Source: Gnetum montanum
Taxonomy: Eukaryota > Plantae > Gnetophyta
NCBI GenBank assembly: GCA_015680685.1
Contig: MNCI01003410.1
Span: 284,508-348,507, forward strand
DNA: 64,000 nt
Direction of reading: 5' to 3'
How positions within the stretch are numbered: position 1 is the stretch's first letter; every line of letters starts with the position of its first letter. This document shows positions 35,437 through 50,000 of this stretch, one piece after another. The notes under the pieces are model-generated. The model searched no databases, had not been told where the DNA came from, and saw only the letters and a list, made by a program, of their open reading frames with translations. The position numbers were made by a program, and so were the translations under genes.

Positions 35437-38185
35437 TAATGAGTGGCTAGGTACCCCTACGCCCAACCATACGAATCACGGGCGTTCACACGCGACCCGG
35501 TCGAATTCTGGAGACTATAAGTACTTAACATACACCAGATTCTAACCAGTGAAACTCTGGGTTAGAACGGTCATTGTCTTCCTAATCTCACTTGTGATGT
35601 TTCATTTACGATGGTTAAGTGAGACTAAGGCTAATGATTTTTATAGCTTTTTGCATATCTTTTGGCGGCTAATTTAAGGTATGAAAGGTAAGGAATAAAC
35701 TATTATCTAATCTCTAATTATCCTAACTTGTATTCTAACTATTCCTAGCATAAGTATCTAGTTCCATCTTCCGAGCACGTTCTGAGCATCTCCTAACACT
35801 TCTAGGCTACCAGACATTAAGCATCACTGGGTTTACCAAGTGTTTGATTTACGTTCGAGATGGTCATACTTATGGCCTTTACGAACTACGAACAAATCAT
35901 AAGCGGTTAAAATGATAATAACAAAAACTTAAGTAATTAACATGTAACTAACAAAGCATAAATATATTAAACTATTGAATGCATAAAATGGCTAAGTCCA
36001 AATGCTGCAAGGAATGCTTGAATAGTTCGTTTTTATTGTCGTCATGCCAATGGGCTCAGATACATCAATGCTCGAATAAAGAGTTGATCACTTTTCTTAC
36101 ACCTGCTGCGGGCACTTGGAAAATATTCTATCTCTTGCGGGAACAAACTGCAAAAGCTTTGCTACAACTAACTGAGAGATCAAATTGACCCCTGACCCCG
36201 TGTCTAAAAGAGCTTTGCATGGCTCATTCCCTGCCACCTGAAGATAGATGAGGAGGCTTCCCGGATCAATTCATTTTCAGGGAAGGTGACCTGCTTTGAT
36301 CCAGTCGGTCACAGCATGCGTGAGCATGACCATCTGGACGTTGGAGTGTTGTTGTTGTTGGCTTGGAGGCTGCTCTTGTGGTGGAATAGTGGAGGCGCTT
36401 GTAGGTTCAAAGGCACTGGCCACAGGTGTATGCGAGAGTATGGTCAAATTGTTGGGCCGGAAAAGGGACGTTTCCGTGGCTGGGATTCCGATCCACGCGG
36501 CTGAGGTACCGATTGCAAGTTAACAGCCCTCGTAGTGTTTCGTTGCTATGGCTGTGGCGGTATCTCTCCCTGCATCGGAGGTGCAGGTGGCAGCTGAGTG
36601 GGATGTGGTGGAGGAGTGGTAGGAGAAGGTGATGGAGGGTAGAAGAGATGTGGGTTTTCCCCCCAGGGTGATGGAGATTGAGGGCGAAAATACTCTAGGG
36701 GGTGGTAATGACTTTGAAAGGCCGCATAGCTAGAAGAGTCCCTTGGAGAGATCGATTGTTGAACATAGTACCCATAAGAATCTGGCTGTTTGTAAGGGTA
36801 CTGCTGCCTTGGAGGTGGCATCCCCCATGTTTGTGGGTGCTGCCACTATTAGAAGTATTCATACGGTTGCGGTGGCGCTCCACTTGGATAGTATCCTTGC
36901 TGCTGCTGGTGGAATCGCCTAGAATTGCCTGGTGGATAAGGCAACTTTCGGAGTGTTTGCCTTTGTGCCAAGCAAGGGTTCAAGGCGTACACCCCAGACT
37001 CTTGAAGATGTAACACCACAGGACAACATCCCTTAGGATGTTCATATTGGCATATGCCACATTCATCTTCCTCCTCGGTGTCAAAGTCTACAACCTGCTC
37101 TACTACAACAACCTTGCCCTTTCCCTTATATTGGGCACGTTCAGCTTCCTTCTTTCTACACCGATCATGATCATTACCTTGTGCTCTGGACTCCTCTACG
37201 ATTTTCAACACGCTTTGGACCCTTTCGTCCAAAGAGTCCCACATCTTATCCACCTTTGCGAAATTTCAGATGTGAACTTTTGTAACAGCAAAGTCTTTCA
37301 GCTTACCACTGCTTCCAGCGATGATTCTTCCTCCTCATCACAAAAATGGACTTCCCTTTTTCTGAGGGAAGGATCCAGGTTGAATTCTTCTGCACTCTTC
37401 TTTTTTCTAAGTTCTCCTTACTCCTTGGCCACATGTTCAATGAGGCGTTGCAATTGATGGACCCTTAGCTCTGACAATCGCCCCTGGGCGTATATGCCAA
37501 GGGTCTTTCGCATTTCAAAACGAAGCCCATCAATGATGTGGCGAAGCTGTGCCCGCTAAGAGTAACCATGACCAGGGCACCAATGCAAAAACGAGTAGTA
37601 CCTGCTCATGGCAACATCCAAGGGTTCATGATTCCCTTGTTTCCAGCCTTTGATTTGTCGTCTCAAGTTCGCCACTCTGGAGTACGTTTGATATTTGTCA
37701 TTGAAAATTTCAAGCATCGTACTCCATCTTTTGATTGATTCCGACTCCAAGGACCAGTACCAACTTTCAGCTTCTTTGATGAGTGTGCAAGGAAACAGCT
37801 TCAGCCTTTGCCAATCATTGTCAATGTTTTGCAGGGTGCAAGCGTCATGGAATGCCTGCAGGTGGGTCTACAGATCACAGTTGTATCCCCTTTCAAATCT
37901 GGGGATGTTGTTCATATCAACGCGCTTGATTCGACTATCCTTTATGTGCCTACTAGGAATTTGAACTGCCTCAGAGATATGGAGCATACTCCGGGTAGCC
38001 AACAACGGCTCATCTGAATCATAGTCCTGCTGAGGACCATGACGTCTGTGACAATTCCAGCTATCTCTCCTTTCATGCTGACGAGCATCACACGATGGCT
38101 CGCGTGTTTTCTCGTGTTTCTCCTTCCAATCCTTCCGAACCTTTTTGCCCCCATCCTTTTGCTTCCTCCTACCTCGGTTACTAGG
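35437..38185 (-). mobile_element. Nested fragment of a related Athila-like element (gag plus partial LTR variant C, 35437-~36190)
   Basis: TAATGAGTGGCTAGGTACCCCTACGCCCAACCATACG LTR terminus with no PBS. gag KLFPCTLIKEAESWYWSL...RRQIKGWKQGNHEPLDVAMSRYY...ECGICQYEHPKGCCP resembles 63201-64000 more than B1. Confidence 0.7.
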
Positions 38186-40219
38186 TATGTTATGCTTTCG
38201 TGCATTGGGACGATGTTGTCTTTGTTTATGTTTATAAGAAACCCCCAGTTCAGGTTGCGTACTCCAATCTTCATTGTCATAATATTCGTTGGTTCTCCAA
38301 TGAATTGCCTCACTAGATGTGGCATTATTATAGTCTTGTAGGAGAGACATGGTTGTAAACCTTGTGTGACTTAATTAAATTTTAATTTAATTTCTTTTCT
38401 AAAGGATATATCGTTAATACTTGTTATAGCGATCTTGTATGATGTAATTAATCTAAATAACTAGCACCCTCCCTCGGTAACGGCACCAATGATGAACAGC
38501 GAGGTACCCCTACACTCAACCATACGAATACNGCCAATGATGAACAGCGAGGTACCCCTACACTCAACCATACGAATNNNNNNNNNNNNNNNNNNNNNNN
38601 NNNNNNNNNNNNNNNNNNNNNNNNNNNNNNNNNNNNNNNNNNNNNNNNNNNNNNNNNNNNNNNNNNNNNNNNNNNNNNNNNNNNNNNNNNNNNNNNNNNN
38701 NNNNNNNNNNNNNNNNNNNNNNNNNNNNNNNNNNNNNNNNNNNNNNNNNNNNNNNNNNNNNNNNNNNNNNNNNNNNNNNNNNNNNNNNNNNNNNNNNNNN
38801 NNNNNNNNNNNNNNNNNNNNNNNNNNNNNNNNNNNNNNNNNNNNNNNNNNNNNNNNNNNNNNNNNNNNNNNCGATCATGTGCGCGTCCAAGTACGTCACA
38901 CCCGAATAAAGGTGTCATACAATTACAAGCATCACACTGCGGGCATGCACTTGGGAAAATAATCTAACTCCTACAGAAACAAAATGCAAGGGCTTCGCTA
39001 CAACAACTCGAAGCCTCCTAAATGAGGCAAAAGGCCCTCTTATTTATAGGCTAGGATAGGCGGCTACGTAAATGAGGCCACGCTGCGTAAAAGTTGCAGA
39101 TCTTTCGCCTCACCTATTTTCAACTCACATCTCAAGCATCCAAGTTCAATCTGAACAATCAACAATTGGTTCATCTCCTGCATCACTAATCTCTGCAAGG
39201 AAGTTTTCCCTTTTTGTTATGTGGATTCACCATTGGAATTCTCTCTATCCTTAATTGAGAGCTCTTTGCCTCATCTAATTTAATGTCATTCTATTTTGTG
39301 CCCCAATTTGGGGTTCCTCCTCTAATACTCGTTTATTTCTAAGGTGTTTCCCGAGTGTCATTCACGATGCTGTCAGTTTTCCCTTTCCTTTAACCCTATG
39401 ACTTGTTCAAGTTGTTGTAATTGATGCAACTTTAATTTCAATAAAACTTCTTTTCGGGTGCGACACCCATCGACACCCATCCCCGATTTAACCAAGTTCT
39501 CAACAACCAGGGTTATGTTGCCGTTCATCATCATAATTAAATGACGTACATGGTCTGTAAGAAAGAATCCATCGGCGTCAAATGGCCATGGTACCCCCTG
39601 TCAATGATTGTAGGGTATCCCATCCACTTAACTGTCTACATATTCTGAAATTCTGAGTTTCCCGTTGAATATTATTCTGTTTTATACGGTTTCCCTCTAT
39701 GTTGTTTCACCTCTTCAGAAATTGGAAATGAATGGCCGAAAACACGCAATAAACGTAACCCCAGGTAACTAGGATAAAGCTACAATGTTGATGTACCTTG
39801 ATAATTTTTTAAGGATGTTCTGATTGCATATCCTTCAATCTTACCTTTGTTCTTTTTGAAAATGGAAATGCTTTTTATGAAAAATACGAAGAAAGAGACA
39901 TAAAAGATCGAAACAGAAAATGTAATCCAAATGTTCAGCGTAAAAACAAAACAAAATTGTGATTACTTTACGTAAACAGATAAGCATCAAACACAAACCA
40001 AAATTTTAATGTCAAATGAGAATTCATCGCCAAGAAATAACACCATCATCACAGCCAATCATGAATGTATCGTCAATCCAGTGGCACTTTCACAAATCTT
40101 GAAATTTATTTACACGATAACAACAAAGTTAACGGAAAAATAAAACTCAGACAACCATGCAGCCCACTTACTTTAACATGTTTAAGAAGACTAACTCAAT
40201 GCAATATCTGTTTCTAAAC

Positions 40220-41029
40220 TTACTCTGCAGTACTATTTACCGTAAAGTCTACGCTGTTCCACACTGAAAGTGAACCCTTCTTTTGTAATTTACAAGGTCT
40301 TGGTTTTTGTGCAGCAATACCAACAAGAGCCATGGCAGCAGCGCTAGGTAATGATCTGAATGGAAAATCATCAAGGTGACTATCTACATTTGAAAGAAAA
40401 TTTTGGCTGCAAGACTGACACCAACGTTGAATCCAGGGAAGAGATAGGACGGAAGCAATGTCAAATTTTCTCTTGATCGAGTTGCCCGTACCTTTTTGCA
40501 CAGTTGATTCTCTTGCATGATGCTCCAATGTCTTTATTGCATTGTGTTGCCCCACAGAACATGACAAATGATTACTGGGTTGACAAGAATATTTTGCATG
40601 ACTCAAGGCTAACTTGCACCAATCATTACTGGGATTAGTAGAAAATGACTGTAGTCGTGAAAGTTTTTTAGCATGGCAGCCTGGAACTTTGTCACATCCA
40701 CTTAAGTTGGTAACAGCAACCTCTAAGTTAAAATAATTTCCAGTGTCTTCTAACCCATCTTTTGCTTTCATTCCACTGCAGTGCACATTAGTCGTGCTGC
40801 CATGCAACTGGTCTCGAAAGGCCAAAGACTTCTGTTCCACTTCATTGTTTGGAATTTCGGAACAAGTTTGCTTCGCTCTACCATTGAAACAGATGTTGTT
40901 CTTATCATTCATATGTATACCCATCTCTTGGTTGTCAACATCTCCAAACTGACACCTAGAGATGCATGCAATATTGTTTTTATTTCTCCATGGAGACCTT
41001 TCGAGCATGTTTGCTTCTATACTTTCAGC
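40220..41029 (-). CDS. PCH1-like terminal exon
   Basis: ATTTCAG|GCT acceptor, 269 codons plus TAA, carries the conserved C-terminal motif. Confidence 0.8.
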   Translation of the reverse strand, partial: AESIEANMLERSPWRNKNNIACISRCQFGDVDNQEMGIHMNDKNNICFNGRAKQTCSEIPNNEVEQKSLAFRDQLHGSTTNVHCSGMKAKDGLEDTGNYFNLEVAVTNLSGCDKVPGCHAKKLSRLQSFSTNPSNDWCKLALSHAKYSCQPSNHLSCSVGQHNAIKTLEHHARESTVQKGTGNSIKRKFDIASVLSLPWIQRWCQSCSQNFLSNVDSHLDDFPFRSLPSAAAMALVGIAAQKPRPCKLQKKGSLSVWNSVDFTVNSTAE

Positions 41030-44000
41030 CTGAAATGATTAATAATAGTTAAAAAAAATATAATGCAATATTAGCCATTCTCGCATGGAAATAAAACTCA
41101 ACGATAGGAAACTTATGTAGAGGAACCCAATGTTCTGCTCCTATACTTTACTTTATTAGCTTAACTAGCACGTAACACAGACCATCAAATTCAGCTTTCT
41201 ACACAAATTTAGATGTTGGGACAAGACTATGATAATGATTGTTTCATAAATTGAGAGTAAATCATGTCATACTCCCATGGCTCCGAGCACTATAGCAAAA
41301 TATCATAGCAAGAAACATCCGAACACCCCAAATATTAAATATTAAATTTTAAATCCACCTTTTCAAAAGGAAAAGAAATTATTCCTGCAATCATGAAACT
41401 TCAGGCTAAAAATCAAGTAATAGCATAAATTTAAAGATATCCCAACGAAGAATGCATCTTAACCATGTACACTATTGATTAGCTCACCACTTCACTCCAC
41501 AAGGCAGTTTTAGAAAAAAAAATATGTGCATATCGCCGTAACAAATAATGGCCCCAATACAGTGGAATAGGTTTGGCACCAATGTACGCATGAGTCAAAA
41601 CTTAATGTCGTGGATCACCCACATTGCATCAAATTCAAGCCTTAGAAGGACATCAGAATAAAGAAACGCTAAATCAAACATATACATATAACGCAAATAT
41701 CAGGTTTCAAATAACCAAAAGTCGTAATAACATAATGCAACCATGCCCACAGCATGACACAAGCTTAAACAAACTTGAAAGTTAAAATATTACCTGTATA
41801 TATAATTTTATTTAGGTTTAGTGGAGAAGTGATAAAGGGGACATCATTTGGAAAGATAATTAGGTGCTTGTTTCTTAGGTGGTAAGACCTGGGTTCATGC
41901 GTGGGCACAGCCACTTTAAAATAAGTTAGGCTGTTTCTCATCTAGCAACTAGGACACACCCCCCCCCCACTTAGCAGCATGAGCATTGATCCTCCAGGTG
42001 ATAACCTTTCAAAGAAGTGATGCACTGTTTTAGCTTTCTTTTTTATTAATTGAATACGGAATATGGATGTGAACAGGTAGAAAAGAGCATATCCCCAATA
42101 TGTCGGTCTGGTTTTTAATTGGGAATAAGCTCCCATGGAACGCTAGGTACTTTTTGTTCACTTTGTTTACTAAAAGGGTGATTACCCCTTTCAAGGGGGT
42201 GATATGGAATGCTCTGCAGAGAACTGGCCTTCTGCCTTTCTGACACTATTAGTACCATGGGGTTGTAGACCTTGCACTTCTTTAAAAACAAAGCACGAGG
42301 AAGCTTGAGGTCTTAAGTATTCAAGTTTCACATCCTTGATAAAGCCACAGGAACTAACTTAAGGCATTTAGGTATCAGCTTATACTTTTGCCCTTACTTC
42401 CGTTCACACTCAAACGACTGCTTATAATTAGTTCTACACACTGTCCCATAGGAGAAACATGTTTCATGTAAGCCCATGTCCAGCAACAATGACTATAACC
42501 AACAGTCCCTTCCGTAACTTAGAAGTCTATCAAACCAGCAACGCACATTAATGGGTTTGATAAGTAGATCAGCAACTTAATCTTTGACGCTGATATAATG
42601 CAGAATTACTTAGTTGTCTTCCACGTTATATTTGACGTCAATCTACTTCTCCTGCATTGCAGGTGGCTCTCACCAATGTTAATGGCTGAAACGTTGTCAA
42701 CGAACAATCAAATAAGTATTTCTATTTCGAAATGAATTTTTAAGAGTCTCCACATGATTGGATTTAGTGGTTCACAACTCGTTATGTATCTACATATCAC
42801 TGACTTAGGGTCAGCCATGAATCTTGACATAACATTTAGGGGAAATCCTCAATAAGGCCTGAGATAAGTAAAATGTCTTAAGGATCCCACTATTTGCCTG
42901 AAAAATACAATATTCAACTTTTGACAATGGTCTTGCTTTCCAAACTCATAAATCACAGGCATTAGGGTTAGATTGGCATTATACAAAAGGATCATTACCC
43001 AGAGGTTCAATGCTCATCTCGCCAAGGCAGGGTCTAGGGAAGGTGATGGATGAGTGAAAGCCTAATCTCTTTCAAGTGGCTGCACCCAAGCTAGAACCTA
43101 GGTCTTTTGACTTGAGATACAAGCACCTTACCATCACTCCAAGTGGATCAGCATTATGTATTTTAAATTTCTTCAGCAAGTCTCCTACATACTTGCTTTT
43201 GTGAAAGATGCTACCTTCCTTGCTTTGGTCAACCTCAAATCTTATGAAGTATTGCAACTTATGTCTTACATATAAAACTCTCCTTCAATCTCACTGTTAT
43301 GCATTTTCTGTATATAATAATGATTTGCATGAAGGGACCACCACTTAGAGTGATGGTAAGGTGTTTGTATCGTAAGTTATAAGACCTGGGTTCAAGCCTG
43401 AGCACAACCACTCAAAAGAAGTTACGCTTCTGCTCATCCACCTCATCCCCTGCAATCCTAGGACCCCACATTGGTGGGATAAGTATTGAGCCTATAGTTG
43501 ATCATCCTTTTTAATAATGATTGGCATGACCTAATTTAGCAAGCTAGACATCTACTTCCTTATGGTATGTTGGCAATCCATGTTAAGTTCATGCTTGATG
43601 ATTCCAACAAATAGATACAATTCTTCCTTTTTGGCATGGCAAATATAATCTCACTGCTTCTTTGTCCTGCAAATTTCTCCACTTACTTGACCGTTAGAAC
43701 CTTCTATTATGCGTTGCCCCATTGATGTATATATTCCATATCAAACTTGATGAGTAGCTGACGTCTCCTATCTCCCCACACTTGCCATCAGCTAATGCAA
43801 TTGATTTCTCCTTGCTTCTTTGTGCTGCAAAGCTCTCCACTAAATTCAATGTTAGAACCCTTCTATACCTGTTGCCTAATTGATGAATAGGTGATGTCTC
43901 TTACCTCGTCACTCTTGCCATCTGTCAATGTCTTAAAACTAGATCTTGCTTTCATCAAATATGCTTACGTCTACTAAATCTTTGTGATCTAAATGCTTGA

Positions 44001-47000
44001 ACAAATATTTCTTTGTATAAAGATGAATTGAACACCCTGGATATAAAGTCCATTCACCGCTATTAATAGAAACTGAAGTACGTACCATATCGTAGAGACT
44101 CTGCTCAGGGTCTGCTTAATTTGTTTTTGGTTCCATAACTGCTATTTCTCCATTTTGTATTGCATTGAAAATTGATCCTTCCCCATACTCCTTAAGTAGC
44201 TGCTAATATTCCCTTATTGTGTCGATTGTGATAGATGCCACAATCGTTGCATGCACCTCTTCAGTTGCTACTCTAGTAGTCATCCCTTTGTGTGTCTTCG
44301 TGTGATATCTTTTCATGTGAAATTCATCCTTCTCTTGATCCAAATAATTTTTTGATAATTCTGGCCCTTATGTATAGTGGCTGTTTTTGAAAGCTATTAT
44401 CATGTCTTTCATTGTCCTCTGCCTCTTGCCAGTTGCCACAAGAAGTTTGCACTATCAAACAGCTCTCTACATTTCTAAACCTCTTACTGATTTCTCAAAG
44501 AACTAACTGACAGAATTGAGCAGAAAACAACACTGCCTTAGTGATTGATTGATATTCTCCTAATTTTCAGGAATCAGTTGATTTGGAGAGATTTTCTCCT
44601 TGATTTTCTCTATGTAATCTCTATATATACCTCCACTTGTAAACAAGAAGCAAAAATATTTCCCTTTCTTTTCAAATTTTGTCTTGGTATTAGAGCCTTA
44701 GGTTTTGAATCAGCCTTCATTGCCATTTCCAATTGGGTAATTCATCCCTTATTGTTATAATCCTCTTCTTCTCCATGTTTTTCTTTTCCAACTGAAGAAT
44801 TCAAAATCACTATCTACCCAATGGAAACCTCCACCAACCCACAACTAGGAGACCTTCAACAGATTAATACAGCCTATTGACTCAACGGAAAAAACTACTT
44901 GAAGTGGTCCCAGTTGGTGCGAACAATTCTGAAAGGCAAAGGAAAAGATCACATCTTCGGCATGGGACCGAAAGAGGACAATCCCAAGTTTGCAAAATGG
45001 GATGAGGAGGATCCGATGATCATGGCATGGCTCTGGAATTCGATGTCACCCAAAATAAGTGACACATGCATGTTTCTTCCCATGGCTCAAGACATTTGGG
45101 AAGCTGTGAGACAGACTTACTCCAAAGTGAAAGATGCTGCCCAAATTTATGAGTTGAAGATCAAGACAACCGCCATCAAACAAGAAAATTGGACTGTAAC
45201 GTAGTATGCCAACCTTTTGAAGGGACTTTGGCAAGAGATGGACCACTACCGTGTTATTCAGATGAAATGTAGCGAGGATGACACAATTCTGAAAAATTTC
45301 ATAGAAAAAGATCGAACCTATGATGTTTTGGCGGGTCTTAACAATGAGTTTGATCATGTTCGAGTTCAAGTCCTTGGCAAAGACGACCTCCCCCCTCTTA
45401 ATGAGGTAATTTCTATTATATTGGCTGAAGAGAGTAGGTGTAATGTTATGTTAGCATCAAAACCAGTTGATGCCTTGGCAATGGTAATTGATGGAGGAAG
45501 TTGTGGGCCAAGAAGGGAGTAGAAAAATGGAGAGAATGGGAAAGGAGAATTCAAACTCGATGGTCATGAAGCTCGTGAAAACAAGGACAACATGTGGTGT
45601 ACTTTCTGCAAGAAACCAAGGCATACGAGGGAGATGTGCTTCAAGCTTCATATAAAGCCACCAAGCAAGTAATGGGGAAATAAGGGTGGAAGGCAAAAAA
45701 TTCAAGGTCAAGCAAACCAAGCCTCATCTTCACAAGAAGAAGAGAAAGCTCTAGAAGCAAGGGAGTTTGACAAAGAAGAGATAGAGAAATTGAAGAATCT
45801 TCTAGCCACTCTTGAAAAATCTTCAGGTATCTATTCATTGGTGCATTCAGGTGAGCTTCCAATTTCTCATTGTTTAAGTGCCTTCGATCAGTATTTTAAA
45901 GATTCCTAGACAATTGATTTAGAAGCCATAGATCAATGACACATGCACCTCATAATTTCAGTTCTTATTTCCCCCACCCTAGTAATCGAAAAATTACCAC
46001 GACAAATGGATCACCAACCACAGTTGCCGGTATAGGGAATGTTAAAATTGATCATGATATGATTCTTAAAGATGTTCTTCATGTTCCAAAATTATCAACA
46101 AATCTCATCTCCATAACCAAACTTTCTCGAGATCTAAATTGCAAAGTAACCTTCTTCCCAACTTATTGTTTATTTCAAGACCGGGACTTGGGCAGGATGA
46201 TTGGACTTGCTAAGGAGAAGGGAGGATTATACTATCTTGAAAAGACTGAAAAGACAAGAGATAGTAAGTGGAATCAACCTCTAACCCTCCTATCTACAAG
46301 TCATTCAACCAATAAAGGCATGATTTGGCTTCACCACTTTAGACTAGGGCAACCTTCATTCAAAATACTTGAAATCATGTTCCCTCATTTATTTAAGGGC
46401 TTAGAAAAGGAAATGTTTAATTGTGCAACTTGTGAACTCGCAAAGCACAAACGTGTAGCATTTCCCATCAATAATAAAAGAAGCTTGTTTCCATTTAATT
46501 TAATTCATAGTGATATTTGGGGACCATCTCCAATTTCAAATATTTAAGGAGCACAATGGTTTGTTTCATTTATCAATGATTGCACAAGAGTCACTTGGAT
46601 TTTCTTAATCAAGTCCAAAACTAATGTTAGTGATGCCCTCCCAAATTTGCATTCCATGATTAAAAATCAATTTGGAGTCAGTATCAAAAGGTTTCGTTCA
46701 AATAATGCCAAAGATTATTTTAACCAAACACTAACTACGTTCTTTCAAAAGGAGGGAATCATCCACAAGTCCTCTTGTGTCTAAACCCCACAACAAAATG
46801 GAGTGGCAAAGAGAAAAAATGGTCACCTTCTTTCTATAGCTCAAGCTCTATTGTTTCAAAAAAATGTCCCAAAAAATTACTAGGGAGAAGCTGTCCTTAT
46901 AGCTACACATATCATAAACAGATTGCCAACTCAAGTGCTCCATTCAAAAAGTCCAATAGAAGTGTTATCTCAGTTTTTTCCAACACTCCATACTACAAAC

Positions 47001-50000
47001 CATCTTATCCCTAGGATATTTGGATGTGTTTTGTTTGCCCATATTCATAGTCAAAACAGGGGAAAATTTGATCCAAGAGCCCTCAAAACAGTCTTTGTTG
47101 GGTATTCTTCAACCCAAAAGGGCTACAAATGCTATCATCCACCAACCAAAAAATTCCTTGTTTCTGCAAATGTCACCTTTGTTGAAACTGAGTCATACTT
47201 CACACAACCTTATCTTCAAAGGGAGCAAACAATAGTAGAAGATAAGCACTTCTTTCTTCTTGACCTACCCATAATTGAGTCTTCTAAGTCTTCCTGTTCT
47301 TTGCTACCACAAACCGAGCCTGAGCCTCTTCCTCTTCCTCAAATTGCAGAACAAAATGATGAAGGTAATGAAACCACTACTGCAACATGTCCTCCTCAAA
47401 TGTACTCAAGAAGGAAACATCCAAACCCAGAATCAAGGCAAGTCCAAACATCAGGCTCGAGTGCTGGAAATAAGGTAATATACCATAACCCATTTGATTC
47501 TCCTACTGAATCCTTGTCTAATATTGACTTACCTATTTCAGTTAGAAAAGCTAAAAGAGAATGCACCAATCACCCAGTATATCCTATATCTCATTTTGTG
47601 TCTTTTCACAAATGTTCCTCAGCTCATAGGGCATTTCTCACAAATCTTAACAATGTGTCTATTCCTTCAACACTATTTGAGGCTTTAAACTGTGAAAATT
47701 GGAAAAATGCTATGAATGTAGAAATGCAAGCCTTGGAGAAGAACAACACATGGGAGATAGTGGACTCGCCAAAGGGGAAGAAACCGGTAGGATGCAAATG
47801 GGTATATAGTGTGAAATACAAAGCTAATGGTTCTGTGGAGAGATACAAAGCAAGATTGGTAACCAAGGCATACACACAAACATATGGGATAGACTATCAG
47901 GAGACATTTGCACCAATGGCAAAAATGAATACATTAAGAATCCTTTTGTCTCTAGCAATTAATTATGATTGGCCTTTAAAGCAATTTGATGTGAAAAATT
48001 CTTTTCCTACACGGGGACTTAGAAGAGGAAATTTACATGGAGATTCCACCAAGCTATAATTAGAATATGGCCTCAAACAAGGTATCCAAATTAAAGAAAG
48101 CACTGTACGACTTGAAGCAATCACCTAGGGCCTGGTTTGGAAGGTTCAATAAGGTAATGATTGGAATGGGCTACAAACAGAGTCAAGGAGACCATACCTT
48201 GTTTATTTGACACACTGATTCAAAGGGAGTCACTACCCTTATTGTGTATGTTGATGATATTGTAGTAACAGGAGATGATCATAGGGAGATAGAGAGATTG
48301 GGCAAGCACTTGGGAAAGGAGTTCAAGATAAAGGATGTGGAAAATTTGAAGTATTTCCTAGGTATAGAAGTGGCACAATCAAAGCAAGGAATTTTCATGA
48401 GCCAACAGAAATATACTCTAGATCTTCTAAGAGACATAGGGAAATTAGCTTGCAAACCATCAAGCTCACCTATGGATCCCAATCATAAACTTGGAGAAGC
48501 AAAGGAAGATGTGACCATCGACAAAGAAATGCATCAAAGATTGGTTGGTAGGCTTATTTACCTATCACATACGCAACCTGATATAGCCTATGCAGTGAGT
48601 GTGATAAGCTAGTTCATGCACAATCCTAAGGAGGTTCACTTACATTTAGTCTATCACATCCTGCACTATCTAAAAGGGTCTCCAAGTAAAGGCATCGTAT
48701 TCAAGAAAAGTGATAGACTCACACCAAAGGCTTATGCAAATGCAAACTATGCAGGCTTAGTCACAGATAAGAGATCCACCACCGGGTACTGTACATTTGT
48801 CAAAGGAAATCTAGTCACCTGGAGGAGCAAGAAGCAAAATGTAGTAGCAAGATCCAATGCTGAATCTGAATTCCGAGCAATAGCACAAGGAATATGCAAA
48901 TTGTTATGGCTGAAGATTATCCTAGAAGATCTAAGAGTCCAATGGGAAGGACCTATGAGATTATACCGTGATAATAAGTCAGCTACTAGCATCGCCCACA
49001 ATCCTATGCAACATGACTGAACTAAGCATATTGAAATTGATAGGCACTTCTTCAAAGAAAAACTCGAGAGTGGTCTCATTTGTACACCTTATGTTTCTTC
49101 CAACTCACAACTAGTGGATGTTCTTACTAAAGGACTTTGCAATCCTCTTTTCCAAACATTGGTGTCCAAGTTGGGAATGGACAATGTCTATTCACCAGCT
49201 TGAGAGGGAGTGACAGAATTGAGCAGAAAACAACGCTGCCCTTTCAGCTGATTTGTAATTAGTGATTGATTGATATTTGCTGATTTTCAGGAATCAGTTG
49301 ATTTGGAGAGATTTTCTCCTTGATTTTCTATGTAATCTCTATATATACCTCCACTTGTAAACAAGAAGCAATCAAGTGAAAAAGATTTCCCTTTCTTTTC
49401 AAATTTCATCACTAACAAGATCTTCCCATATGTAATTATCTAAATACCTGAATTTCACAACAGAAAAAGCAAAAGCCTAATACTTTTTTAAAAGACATCA
49501 AAGTACAATTTCCCACTGAGGGCTACCCAGATTTTATCTTCTCATGGTTTTACAAGTTTACTAAGTATGTGTTACAGCTTTTCTGCCATCAGCTTCGTTG
49601 GTACACCTTACTTTTGAATTCGTTCTCCAAAGCATTCCAAGACCTCTGTACAGTTGTCTTTGAAAAGATCTTCTCATGCAAAGCAGCCACAACTGCATCT
49701 TTGTTCTTTCTCCCATCATGATGCTTCTTATAATTTGATATCATTAAGAAGATAATCAGCCTGTATCAGTGGTTTGAGTGGCTGCTCCACCAGATCCCAT
49801 ACTGTCTCCAATAACATATTGATCTTTCTTTGGCAACATTCAAAGTTATGCCTTTCCCATTCAGACACTTTCACTTATTTTGCCCTGCCCTACAAGCTTC
49901 TGTGCCCTGCTACCAAGTGAAGGAAGCAGGCCCTTACCATCCAATTCACACTACTAGAGTTCTAACTCTGACAAACAAAAATAGCAAATAAAAAAGTATG

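Larger units (their letters stand above)
31238..39085 (-). mobile_element. Athila-like pol-less element, copy B2 (3' LTR 31238-32135, PPT 32136-32148, truncated env-like ORF, spacer, gag, PBS 38471-38488, 5' LTR 38490-~39085 truncated)
   Basis: Two variant-B LTRs in direct orientation; PBS TGGTGCCGTTACCGAGGG; interior collinear with B1. No TSD can be checked because the 5' LTR is truncated. Confidence 0.85.
42290..49900 (-). mobile_element. Old degenerate Ty1/copia remnant (host of the younger copia; RT/RH part also present in duplicate copy B)
   Basis: RT MQYFIRFEVDQSKEGSIFHKSKYVGDLLKKF (43150-43260); gag-like WEILL sequence on both sides of the 44508-49411 insertion. Boundaries approximate. 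Confidence 0.6.

Noticed and set aside
39085-39505. Possible LTR fragment ending in CAACA
   Set aside because: No partner LTR, PBS or TSD; too weak to call.
43333-43420. tRNA gene
   Set aside because: A/B-box-like motifs sit in a TSD-flanked, T-tailed repeat with no cloverleaf; it is a SINE.
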